Below, piece after piece: positions 43,001 through 56,721 of a stretch of 64,000 bases of DNA. The stretch covers positions 8,618,001 through 8,682,000 of the forward strand of contig OZ059900.1 of assembly GCA_964057225.1 (NCBI GenBank). The letters run 5' to 3'. A program made the position numbers and the translations under genes. The DNA comes from Auanema rhodensis (Eukaryota; Animalia; Nematoda). The notes below the pieces were generated by a model. The model worked only from the letters and a program-made list of their open reading frames with translations. It searched no databases and had not been told where the DNA came from. Numbering within the stretch: position 1 is the stretch's first letter; every line of letters starts with the position of its first letter.

Positions 43001-46000
43001 ATAGTCAAAGTTTATGAATCCTGAATTTCAAATCCATATCTCAAAGGGTCTGATCAAAACATACAGTTTTCACATGTTTTGTACCCAAAATCGTTGAATA
43101 TATGGCGTTTTGAGCATAAAAAGGCCCATATTTCAATCAGTTTTGATATTCGTGCAAAATACACCTATATCAACATTCTATGGCAGTATTCCATACATTT
43201 AGTCGTTTTAGAAGAAAAAAACATGCTTAAGATCAAAAGTTTGACTGATTTAGCCAAAATGCCCTTCAAACCCCAAAAAACCAATAATTCTTGATATTTT
43301 CGGTCCTTTTTGACCAAAGTGGTTAAAATTGAACATATATATGTGAAAATAGTCAAAGTTTATGAATCCTGAATTTCAAATCCATATCTCAAAGGGTCTG
43401 ATCAAAACATACAGTTTTCACATGTTTTGTACCCAAAATCGTTGAATATATGGCGTTTTGAGCATAAAAAGGCCCATATTTCAATCAGTTTTGATATTCG
43501 TGCAAAATACTTCTATATGAACATTCTATGACAGTATTTCATACATTTAGTCGTTTTAGAAGAAAAAAATATGCTTAAGATCAAAAGTTTGACTGATTTT
43601 GCCAAAATGTCCTTCAATCCCCAAAAAACCAATAATTCTTGATATTTTCGGTCCTTTTTGACCAAAGTGGTTAAAATTGAACATATATATGTGAAAATAG
43701 TCAAAGTTTATGAATCCTGAATTTCAAATCCATATCTCAAAGGGTCTGATCAAAACATACAGTTTTCACATGTTTTGTACCCAAAATCGTTGAATATATG
43801 GCGTTTTGAGCATAAAAAGGCCCATATTTCAATCAGTTTTGATATTCGTGCAAAATACTTCTATATGAACATTCTATGACAGTATTTCATACATTTAGTC
43901 GTTTTAGAAGAAAAAAATATGCTTAAGATCAAAAGTTTGACTGATTTTGCCAAAATGCCCTTCAATCCCCAAAAAACCAATAATTCTTGATATTTTCGGT
44001 CCTTCTTGACCAAAGTGGTTAAAATTGGACATAAATATGTAAAAATAGTCAAAGTTTATGAATCCTGAATTTCAAATCGATATCTCAAAGGGTCTGATCA
44101 AAACATACAGTTTTCACATGTTTTGTACCCAAAATCGTTGAATATATGGCGTTTTGAGCATAAAAAGGCCCATATTTCAATCAGTTTTGATATTCGTGCA
44201 AAATACACCTATATGAACATTCTTTGACAGTATTTCATACATTTAGTCGTTTTAGAAGAAGAAAATATGCTTAAGATCAAAAGTTTGACTGATTTTGCCA
44301 AAATGCCCTTCAAACCCCAAAAAACCAATAATTCTTGATATTTTCGGTCCTTTTTGACCAAAGTGGTTAAAATTGGAAATATATATGTAGAAATAGTCGA
44401 AGTTTATGAATCCTGAATTTCAAATCCATATCTCAAAGGGTCTGATCAAAACATACAGTTTTCACATGTTTTGTACCCAAAATCGTTGAATATATGGCGT
44501 TTTGAGCATAAAAAGGCCCATATTTCAATCAGTTTTGGTATTCGTGCGAAATACACCTATATGAACATTCTATGACAGTATTCCATACATTTAGTCGTTT
44601 TAGAAGAAAAAAATATGCTTAAGATCAAAAGTTTGACTGATTTTGCCAAAATGCCCTTCAATCCCCAAAAAACCAATAATTCTTGATATTTTCGGTCCTT
44701 TTTGACCAAAGTGGTTAAAATTGGACATATATATGTGAAAATAGTCAAAGTTTATGAATCCTGAATTTCAAATCCATATCTCAAAGGGTCTGATCAAAAC
44801 ATAGGGTTTTCACATGTTTTGTACCCAAAATCGTTGAATATATGGCGTTTTGAGCATAAAAAGGCCCATATTTCAATCAGTTTCGATATTCGTGCAAAAT
44901 ACACCTATATCAACATTCTATGACAGTATTTCGTACATTTAGTCGTTTTAGAAGAAAAAAATATGCTTAAGATCAAAAGTTTGACTGATTTTGCCAAAAT
45001 GCCCTTCAAACCCCAAAAAACCAATAATTCTTGATATTTTCGGTCCTTTTTGACCAAAGTGGTTAAAATTGGACATATATATGTAGAAATAGTCGAAGTT
45101 TATGAATCCAGAATTTCAAATCCATATCTCAAAGGGTCTGATCAAAACATACAGTTTTCACATGTTTTGTACCCAAAATCGTTGAATATATGGCGTTTTG
45201 AGCATAAAAAGGCCCATATTTCAATCAGTTTCGATATTCGTGCAAAATACACCTATATCAACATTCTATGACAGTATTTCATACATTTAGTCGTTTTAGA
45301 AGAAAAAAATATGCTTAAGATCAAAAGTTTGACTGATTTTGCCAAAATGCCCTTCAATCACCAAAAAACCAATAATTCTTGATATTTTCGGTCCTTTTTG
45401 ACCAAAGTGGTTAAAATTGAACATATATATGTAAAAATAGTCAAAGTTTATGAATCCTGAATTTCAAATCCATATCTCAAAGGGTCTGATCAAAACATAC
45501 AGTTTTCACATGTTTTGTACCCAAAATCGTTGAATATATGGCGTTTTGAGCATAAAAAGGCCCATATTTCAATCAGTTTTGATATTCGTGCAAAATACAC
45601 CTATATGAACATTCTATGACAGTATTTCATACATTTAGTCGTTTTAGAAAAAAAAAATATGCTTAAGATCAAAAGTTTGACTGATTTTGCCAAAATGTCC
45701 TTCAAACCCCAAAAAACCAATAATTCTTGATATTTTCGGTCCTTTTTGACCAAAGTGGTTAAAATTGAACATATATATGTGAAAATAGTCAAAGTTTATG
45801 AATCCTGAATTTCAAATCCATATCTCAAAGGGTCTGATCAAAACATACAGTTTTCACATGTTTTGTACCCAAAATCGTTGAATATATGGCGTTTTGAGCA
45901 TAAAAAGGCCCATATTTCAATCAGTTTTGATATTCGTGCAAAATACACCTATATCAACATTCTATAGCAGTATTCCATACATTTAGTCGTTTTAGAAGAA

Positions 46001-46499
46001 AAAAACATGCTTAAGATCAAAAGTTTGACTGATTTAGCCAAAATGCCCTTCAAACCCCAAAAAACCAATAATTCTTGATATTTTCGGTCCTTTTTGACCA
46101 AAGTGGTTAAAATTGAACATATATATGTGAAAATAGTCAAAGTTTATGAATCCTGAATTTCAAATCCATATCTCAAAGGGTCTGATCAAAACATACAGTT
46201 TTCACATGTTTTGTACCCAAAATCGTTGAATATATGGCGTTTTGAGCATAAAAAGGCCCATATTTCAATCAGTTTTGATATTCGTGCAAAATACTTCTAT
46301 ATGAACATTCTATGACAGTATTTCATACATTTAGTCGTTTTAGAAGAAAAAAATATGCTTAAGATCAAAAGTTTGACTGATTTTGCCAAAATGTCCTTCA
46401 AACCCCAAAAAACCAATAATTCTTGATATTTTCGGTCCTTTTTGACCAAAGTGGTTAAAATTGAACATATATATGTGAAAATAGTCAAAGTTTATGAAT

Positions 46500-47900
46500 C
46501 CTGAATTTCAAATCCATATCTCAAAGGGTCTGATCAAAACATACAGTTTTCACATGTTTTGTACCCAAAATCGTTGAATATATGGCGTTTTGAGCATAAA
46601 AAGGCTCATATTTCAATCAGTTTTGATATTTGTGCAAAATACACCTATATGAACATTCTATGACAGTATTTCATACATTTAGTCGTTTTAGAAGAAAAAA
46701 ATATGCTTAAGATCAAAAGTTTGACTGATTTTGCCAAAATGCCCTTCAATCCCCAAAAAACCAATAATTCTTGATATTTTCGGTCCTTTTTGACCAAAGT
46801 GGTTACAATTGAACATATATATGTAAAAATAGTCAAAGTTTATGAGTCCTGAATTTCAAATCCATATCTCAAAGGGTCTGATCAAAACATACAGTTTTCA
46901 CATGTTTTGTACCCATAATCGTTTAATATATGGCGTTTTGAACATAAAAAGGCCCATATTTCAATCAGTTTTGATATTCGTGCAAAATACACCTATATGA
47001 ACATTCTATGACAGTATTTCATACATTTAGTCGTTTTAGAAGAAAAAAATATGCTTAAGATCAAAAGTTTGACTGATTTTGCCAAAATGTCCTTCAAACC
47101 CCAAAAAACCAATAATTCTTGATATTTTCGGTCCTTTTTGACCAAAGTGGTTAAAATTGAACATATATATGTAAAAATAGTCAAAGTTTATGAATCCTGA
47201 ATTTCAAATCCATATCTCAAAGGGTCTGATCAAAACATACAGTTTTCACATGTTTTGTACCCAAAATCGTTGAATATATGGCGTTTTGAGCATAAAAAGG
47301 CTCATATTTCAATCAGTTTTGATATTTGTGCAAAATACACCTATATGAACATTCTATGACAGTATTTCATACATTTAGTCGTTTTAGAAGAAAAAAATAT
47401 GCTTAAGATCAAAAGTTTGACTGATTTTGCCAAAATGCCCTTCAATCCCCAAAAAACCAATAATTCTTGATATTTTCGGTCCTTTTTGACCAAAGTGGTT
47501 ACAATTGAACATATATATGTAAAAATAGTCAAAGTTTATGAGTCCTGAATTTCAAATCCATATCTCAAAGGGTCTGATCAAAACATACAGTTTTCACATG
47601 TTTTGTACCCATAATCGTTTAATATATGGCGTTTTGAACATAAAAAGGCCCATATTTCAATCAGTTTTGATATTCGTGCAAAATACACCTATATGAACAT
47701 TCTATGACAGTATTTCATACATTTAGTCGTTTTAGAAGAAAAAAATATGCTTAAGATCAAAAGTTTGACTGATTTTGCCAAAATGTCCTTCAAACCCCAA
47801 AAAACCAATAATTCTTGATATTTTCGGTCCTTTTTGACCAAAGTGGTTAAAATTGAACATATATATGTGAAAATAGTCAAAGTTTATGAATCCTGAATTT
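46500..47900. repeat. Tandem duplication of a 2-monomer unit (696 bp)
   Basis: GGCTCAT (46606/47302), GGTTACAATT (46806/47502), TATGAGTCC (46846/47542) and CCCATAATCGTTTAAT (46916/47612). Boundaries approximate. Confidence 0.88.
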
Positions 47901-48369
47901 CAAATCCATATCTCAAAGGGTCTGATCAAAACATACAATTTTCACATGTTTTGTACCCAAAATCGTTGAATATATGGCGTTTTGAGCATAAAAAGGCCCA
48001 TATTTCAATCAGTTTCGATATTCGTGCAAAATACACCTATATCAACATTCTATGACAGTATTTCATACATTTAGTCGTTTTAGAAGAAAAAAATATGCTT
48101 AAGATCAAAAGTTTGACTGATTTTGCCAAAATGCCCTTCAAACCCCAAAAAACCAATAATTCTTGATATTTTCGGTCGTTTTTGACCAAAGTGGTTAAAA
48201 TTGGACATATATATGTGAAAATAGTCGAAGTTTATGAATCCTGAATTTCAAATCCATATCTCAAAGGGTCTGATCAAAACATACAGTTTTCACATGTTTT
48301 GTACCCAAAATCGTTGAATATATGGCGTTTTGAGCATAAAAAGGCCCATATTTCAATCAGTTTTGATAT

Positions 48370-50200
48370 TCGTGCAAAATACACCTATATGAACATTCTA
48401 TGACAGTATTTCATACATTTAGTCGTTTTAGAAGAAAAAAATATGCTTAAGATCAAAAGTTTGACTGATTTTGCCAAAATGCCCTTCAATCCCCAAAAAA
48501 CCAATAATTCTTGATATTTTCGGTCCTTTTTGACCAAAGTGGTTAAAATTGGACATATATATGTAGAAATAGTCGAAGTTTATGAATCCTGAATTTCAAA
48601 TCCATATCTCAAAGGGTCTCATCAAAACATACAGTTTTCACATGTTTTGTACCCAAAATCGTTGAATATATGGCGTTTTGAGCATAAAAAGGCCCATATT
48701 TCAATCAGTTTTGATATTCGTGCAAAATACACCTATATGAACATTCTATGACAGTATTCCATACATTTAGTCGTTTTAGAAGAAAAAAATATGCTTAAGA
48801 TCAAAAGTTTGACTGATTTTGCCAAAATGCCCTTCAATCCCCAAAAAACCAATAATTCTTGATATTTTCGGTCCTTTTTGACCAAAGTGGTTAAAATTGG
48901 ACATATATATGTGAAAATAGTCAAAGTTTATGAATCCTGAATTTCAAATCCATATCTCAAAGGGTCTGATCAAAACATAGAGTTTTCACATGTTTTGTAC
49001 CCAAAATCGTTGAATATATGGCGTTTTGAGCATAAAAAGGCCCATATTTCAATCAGTTTCGATATTCGTGCAAAATACACCTATATCAACATTCTATGAC
49101 AGTATTTCATACATTTAGTCGTTTTAGAAGAAAAAAATATGCTTAAGATCAAAAGTTTGACTGATTTTGCCAAAATGCCCTTCAATCCCCAAAAAACCAA
49201 TAATTCTTGATATTTTCGGTCCTTTTTGACCAAAGTGGTTAAAATTGGACATATATATGTAGAAATAGTCGAAGTTTATGAATCCTGAATTTCAAATCCA
49301 TATCTCAAAGGGTCTCATCAAAACATACAGTTTTCACATGTTTTGTACCCAAAATCGTTGAATATATGGCGTTTTGAGCATAAAAAGGCCCATATTTCAA
49401 TCAGTTTTGATATTCGTGCAAAATACACCTATATGAACATTCTATGACAGTATTCCATACATTTAGTCGTTTTAGAAGAAAAAAATATGCTTAAGATCAA
49501 AAGTTTGACTGATTTTGCCAAAATGCCCTTCAATCCCCAAAAAACCAATAATTCTTGATATTTTCGGTCCTTTTTGACCAAAGTGGTTAAAATTGGACAT
49601 ATATATGTGAAAATAGTCAAAGTTTATGAATCCTGAATTTCAAATCCATATCTCAAAGGGTCTGATCAAAACATAGAGTTTTCACATGTTTTGTACCCAA
49701 AATCGTTGAATATATGGCGTTTTGAGCATAAAAAGGCCCATATTTCAATCAGTTTCGATATTCGTGCAAAATACACCTATATCAACATTCTATGACAGTA
49801 TTTCATACATTTAGTCGTTTTAGAAGAAAAAAATATGCTTAAGATCAAAAGTTTGACTGATTTTGCCAAAATGCCCTTCAATCCCCAAAAAACCAATAAT
49901 TCTTGATATTTTCGGTCCTTTTTGACCAAAGTGGTTAAAATTGGACATATATATGTAGAAATTGTCGAAGTTTATGAATCCTGAATTTCAAATCCATATC
50001 TCAAAGGGTCTCATCAAAACATACAGTTTTCACATGTTTTGTACCCAAAATCGTTGAATATATGGCGTTTTGAGCATAAAAAGGCCCATATTTCAATCAG
50101 TTTTGATATTCGTGCAAAATACACCTATATGAACATTCTATGACAGTATTCCATACATTTAGTCGTTTTAGAAGAAAAAAATATGCTTAAGATCAAAAGT
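48370..50200. repeat. 2-monomer unit (696 bp) repeated ~2.5 times
   Basis: GGGTCTCATC at ~48620, 49316 and 50012; CATAGAGTT at ~48980 and 49676. Boundaries approximate. Confidence 0.82.
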
Positions 50201-50805
50201 TTGACTGATTTTGCCAAAATGCCCTTCAAACCCCAAAAAACCAATAATTCTTGATATTTTCGGTCCTTTTTGACCAAAGTGGTTAAAATTGAACATATAT
50301 ATGTGAAAATAGTCGAAGTTTATGAATCCTGAATTTCAAATCCATATCTCAAAGGGTCTGATCAAAACATACAGTTTTCACATGTTTTGTACCCAAAATC
50401 GTTGAATATATGGCGTTTTGAGCATAGAAAGGCCCATATTTCAATCAGTTTTGATATTCGTGCAAAATACACCTATATGAACATTCTATGACAGTATTTC
50501 ATACATTTAGTCGTTTTAGAAGAAAAAAATATGCTTAAGATCAAAAGTTTGACTGATTTTGCCAAAATGCCCTTCAATCCCCAAAAAACCAATAATTCTT
50601 GATATTTTCGGTCCTTTTTGACCAAAGTGGTTAAAATTGGACATAAATATGTAAAAATAGTCAAAGTTTATGAATCCTGAATTTCAAATCCATATCTCAA
50701 AGGGTCTGATCAAAACATACAGTTTTCACATGTTTTGTACCCAAAATCGTTGAATATATGGCGTTTTGAGCATAAAAAGGCCCATATTTCAATCAGTTTT
50801 GATAT

Positions 50806-53800
50806 TCGTGCAAAATACACTTATATCAACATTCTATGACAGTATTCCATACATTAAGTCGTTTTAGAAGAAAAAAATATGCTTAAGATCAAAAGTTTGA
50901 CTGATTTAGCCAAAATGCCCTTCAATCCCCAAAAAACCAATAATTCTTGATATTTCCGGTCCTTTTTGACCAAAGTGGTTAGAATTGGACATATATATGT
51001 AGAAATAGTCGAAGTTTATGAATCCTGAATTTCAAATCCATATCTCAAAGGGTCTGATCAAAACATACAGTTTTCACATGTTTTGTACCCAAAATCGTTG
51101 AATATATGGCGTTTTGAGCATAAAAAGGCCCATATTTCAATCAGTTTCGATATTCGTGCAAAATACACCTATATCAACATTCTATGACAGTATTTCATAC
51201 ATTTAGTCGTTTTAGAAGAAAAAAATATGCTTAAGATCAAAAGTTTGACTGATTTTGCCAAAATGCCCTTCAAACCCCAAAAAACCAATAATTCTTGATA
51301 TTTTCGGTCCTTTTTGACCAAAGTGGTTAAAATTGGACATATATATGTGAAAATAGTCGAAGTTTATGAATCCTGAATTTCAAATCCATATCTCAAAGGG
51401 TCTGATCAAAACATACAGTTTTCACATGTTTTGTACCCAAAATTGTTGAATATATGGCGTTTTGAGCATAAAAAGGCCCATATTTCAATCAGTTTTGATA
51501 TTCGTGCAAAATACACCTATATGAACATTCTATGACAGTATTCCATACATTTAGTCGTTTTAGAAGAAAAAAATATGCTTAAGATCAAAAGTTTGACTGA
51601 TTTTGCCAAAATGCCCTTCAATCCCCAAAAAACCAATAATTCTTGATATTTTCGGTCCTTTTTGACCAAAGTGGTTAAAATTGGACATATATATGTGAAA
51701 ATAGTCAAAGTTTATGAATCCTGAATTTCAAATCCATATCTCAAAGGGTCTGATCAAAACATACAGTTTTCACATGTTTTGTACCCAAAATCGTTGAATA
51801 TATGGCGTTTTGAGCATAAAAAGGCCCATATTTCAATCAGTTTTGATATTCGTGCAAAATACACCTATATCAACATTCTATGACAGTATTCCATACATTT
51901 AGTCGTTTTAGAAGAAAAAAATATGCTTAAGATCAAAAGTTTGACTGATTTTGCCAAAATGCCCTCCAAACCCCAAAAAACCAATAATTCTTGATATTTT
52001 CGGTCCTTTTTGACCAAAGTGGTTAAAATTGGACATAAATATGTAAAAATAGTCAAAGTTTATGAATCCTGAATTTCAAATCCATATCTCAAAGGGTCTG
52101 ATCAAAACATACAGTTTTCACATGTTTTGTACCCAAAATCGTTGAATATATGGCGTTTTGAGCATAAAAAGGCCCATATTTCAATCAGTTTTGATATTCG
52201 TGCAAAATACACTTATATCAACATTCTATGACAGTATTCCATACATTAAGTCGTTTTAGAAGAAAAAAATATGCTTAAGATCAAAAGTTTGACTGATTTA
52301 GCCAAAATGCCCTTCAATCCCCAAAAAACCAATAATTCTTGATATTTCCGGTCCTTTTTGACCAAAGTGGTTAGAATTGGACATATATATGTAGAAATAG
52401 TCGAAGTTTATGAATCCTGAATTTCAAATCCATATCTCAAAGGGTCTGATCAAAACATACAGTTTTCACATGTTTTGTACCCAAAATTGTTGAATATATG
52501 GCGTTTTGAGCATAAAAAGGCCCATATTTCAATCAGTTTTGATATTCGTGCAAAATACACCTATATGAACATTCTATGACAGTATTCCATACATTTAGTC
52601 GTTTTAGAAGAAAAAAATATGCTTAAGATCAAAAGTTTGACTGATTTTGCCAAAATGCCCTTCAATCCCCAAAAAACCAATAATTCTTGATATTTTCGGT
52701 CCTTTTTGACCAAAGTGGTTAAAATTGGACATATATATGTGAAAATAGTCAAAGTTTATGAATCCTGAATTTCAAATCCATATCTCAAAGGGTCTGATCA
52801 AAACATACAGTTTTCACATGTTTTGTACCCAAAATCGTTGAATATATGGCGTTTTGAGCATAAAAAGGCCCATATTTCAATCAGTTTTGATATTCGTGCA
52901 AAATACACCTATATCAACATTCTATGACAGTATTCCATACATTTAGTCGTTTTAGAAGAAAAAAATATGCTTAAGATCAAAAGTTTGACTGATTTTGCCA
53001 AAATGCCCTCCAAACCCCAAAAAACCAATAATTCTTGATATTTTCGGTCCTTTTTGACCAAAGTGGTTAAAATTGGACATAAATATGTAAAAATAGTCAA
53101 AGTTTATGAATCCTGAATTTCAAATCCATATCTCAAAGGGTCTGATCAAAACATACAGTTTTCACATGTTTTGTACCCAAAATCGTTGAATATATGGCGT
53201 TTTGAGCATAAAAAGGCCCATATTTCAATCAGTTTTGATATTCGTGCAAAATACACTTATATCAACATTCTATGACAGTATTCCATACATTAAGTCGTTT
53301 TAGAAAAAAAAAATATGCTTAAGATCAAAAGTTTGACTGATTTAGCCAAAATGCCCTTCAATCCCCAAAAAACCAATAATTCTTGATATTTCCGGTCCTT
53401 TTTGACCAAAGTGGTTAGAATTGGACATATATATGTAGAAATAGTCGAAGTTTATGAATCCTGAATTTCAAATCCATATCTCAAAGGGTCTGATCAAAAC
53501 ATACAGTTTTCACATGTTTTGTACCCAAAATCGTTGAATATATGGCGTTTTGAGCATAAAAAGGCCCATATTTCAATCAGTTTCGATATTCGTGCAAAAT
53601 ACACCTATATCAACATTCTATGACAGTATTTCATACATTTAGTCGTTTTAGAAGAAAAAAATATGCTTAAGATCAAAAGTTTGACTGATTTTGCCAAAAT
53701 GCCCTTCAAACCCCAAAAAACCAATAATTCTTGATATTTTCGGTCCTTTTTGACCAAAGTGGTTAAAATTGGACATATATATGTGAAAATAGTCGAAGTT

Positions 53801-56721
53801 TATGAATCCTGAATTTCAAATCCATATCTCAAAGGGTCTGATCAAAACATACAGTTTTCACATGTTTTGTACCCAAAATTGTTGAATATATGGCGTTTTG
53901 AGCATAAAAAGGCCCATATTTCAATCAGTTTTGATATTCGTGCAAAATACACCTATATGAACATTCTATGACAGTATTCCATACATTTAGTCGTTTTAGA
54001 AGAAAAAAATATGCTTAAGATCAAAAGTTTGACTGATTTTGCCAAAATGCCCTTCAATCCCCAAAAAACCAATAATTCTTGATATTTTCGGTCCTTTTTG
54101 ACCAAAGTGGTTAAAATTGGACATATATATGTGAAAATAGTCAAAGTTTATGAATCCTGAATTTCAAATCCATATCTCAAAGGGTCTGATCAAAACATAC
54201 AGTTTTCACATGTTTTGTACCCAAAATCGTTGAATATATGGCGTTTTGAGCATAAAAAGGCCCATATTTCAATCAGTTTTGATATTCGTGCAAAATACAC
54301 CTATATCAACATTCTATGACAGTATTCCATACATTTAGTCGTTTTAGAAGAAAAAAATATGCTTAAGATCAAAAGTTTGACTGATTTTGCCAAAATGCCC
54401 TCCAAACCCCAAAAAACCAATAATTCTTGATATTTTCGGTCCTTTTTGACCAAAGTGGTTAAAATTGGACATAAATATGTAAAAATAGTCAAAGTTTATG
54501 AATCCTGAATTTCAAATCCATATCTCAAAGGGTCTGATCAAAACATACAGTTTTCACATGTTTTGTACCCAAAATCGTTGAATATATGGCGTTTTGAGCA
54601 TAAAAAGGCCCATATTTCAATCAGTTTTGATATTCGTGCAAAATACACTTATATCAACATTCTATGACAGTATTCCATACATTAAGTCGTTTTAGAAGAA
54701 AAAAATATGCTTAAGATCAAAAGTTTGACTGATTTAGCCAAAATGCCCTTCAATCCCCAAAAAACCAATAATTCTTGATATTTCCGGTCCTTTTTGACCA
54801 AAGTGGTTAGAATTGGACATATATATGTAGAAATAGTCGAAGTTTATGAATCCTGAATTTCAAATCCATATCTCAAAGGGTCTGATCAAAACATACAGTT
54901 TTCACATGTTTTGTACCCAAAATTGTTGAATATATGGCGTTTTGAGCATAAAAAGGCCCATATTTCAATCAGTTTTGATATTCGTGCAAAATACACCTAT
55001 ATGAACATTCTATGACAGTATTCCATACATTTAGTCGTTTTAGAAGAAAAAAATATGCTTAAGATCAAAAGTTTGACTGATTTTGCCAAAATGCCCTTCA
55101 ATCCCCAAAAAACCAATAATTCTTGATATTTTCGGTCCTTTTTGACCAAAGTGGTTAAAATTGGACATATATATGTGAAAATAGTCAAAGTTTATGAATC
55201 CTGAATTTCAAATCCATATCTCAAAGGGTCTGATCAAAACATACAGTTTTCACATGTTTTGTACCCAAAATCGTTGAATATATGGCGTTTTGAGCATAAA
55301 AAGGCCCATATTTCAATCAGTTTTGATATTCGTGCAAAATACACCTATATCAACATTCTATGACAGTATTCCATACATTTAGTCGTTTTAGAAGAAAAAA
55401 ATATGCTTAAGATCAAAAGTTTGACTGATTTTGCCAAAATGCCCTCCAAACCCCAAAAAACCAATAATTCTTGATATTTTCGGTCCTTTTTGACCAAAGT
55501 GGTTAAAATTGGACATAAATATGTAAAAATAGTCAAAGTTTATGAATCCTGAATTTCAAATCCATATCTCAAAGGGTCTGATCAAAACATACAGTTTTCA
55601 CATGTTTTGTACCCAAAATCGTTGAATATATGGCGTTTTGAGCATAAAAAGGCCCATATTTCAATCAGTTTTGATATTCGTGCAAAATACACTTATATCA
55701 ACATTCTATGACAGTATTCCATACATTAAGTCGTTTTAGAAAAAAAAAATATGCTTAAGATCAAAAGTTTGACTGATTTAGCCAAAATGCCCTTCAATCC
55801 CCAAAAAACCAATAATTCTTGATATTTCCGGTCCTTTTTGACCAAAGTGGTTAGAATTGGACATATATATGTAGAAATAGTCGAAGTTTATGAATCCTGA
55901 ATTTCAAATCCATATCTCAAAGGGTCTGATCAAAACATACAGTTTTCACATGTTTTGTACCCAAAATCGTTGAATATATGGCGTTTTGAGCATAAAAAGG
56001 CCCATATTTCAATCAGTTTCGATATTCGTGCAAAATACACCTATATCAACATTCTATGACAGTATTTCATACATTTAGTCGTTTTAGAAGAAAAAAATAT
56101 GCTTAAGATCAAAAGTTTGACTGATTTTGCCAAAATGCCCTTCAAACCCCAAAAAACCAATAATTCTTGATATTTTCGGTCCTTTTTGACCAAAGTGGTT
56201 AAAATTGGACATATATATGTGAAAATAGTCGAAGTTTATGAATCCTGAATTTCAAATCCATATCTCAAAGGGTCTGATCAAAACATACAGTTTTCACATG
56301 TTTTGTACCCAAAATTGTTGAATATATGGCGTTTTGAGCATAAAAAGGCCCATATTTCAATCAGTTTTGATATTCGTGCAAAATACACCTATATGAACAT
56401 TCTATGACAGTATTCCATACATTTAGTCGTTTTAGAAGAAAAAAATATGCTTAAGATCAAAAGTTTGACTGATTTTGCCAAAATGCCCTTCAATCCCCAA
56501 AAAACCAATAATTCTTGATATTTTCGGTCCTTTTTGACCAAAGTGGTTAAAATTGGACATATATATGTGAAAATAGTCAAAGTTTATGAATCCTGAATTT
56601 CAAATCCATATCTCAAAGGGTCTGATCAAAACATAGAGTTTTCACATGTTTTGTACCCAAAATCGTTGAATATATGGCGTTTTGAGCATAAAAAGGCCCA
56701 TATTTCAATCAGTTTCGATAT
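50806..56721. repeat. Compound 7-monomer HOR (2436 bp) built from alternating 4-mer and 3-mer
   Basis: ACATTAAGTC at ~50856, 52248, 53292, 54684 and 55728 (gaps 1392/1044/1392/1044). AAATTGTTG at ~51444, 52488, 53880, 54924 and 56316. TAGAAAAAAAAA at 53306 and 55742 (2436 apart). Confidence 0.9.

Larger units (their letters stand above)
30622..46629. repeat. Large block duplication: 30622-37233 and 41410-46629
   Basis: Private markers CTGAACTTC + GATCAAGAC occur at ~31890/31922 and ~42678/42710 (offset 10788). TCCAGAATT and AATCACC occur at ~35714/35964 and ~45110/45360 (offset 9396). Confidence 0.9.
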
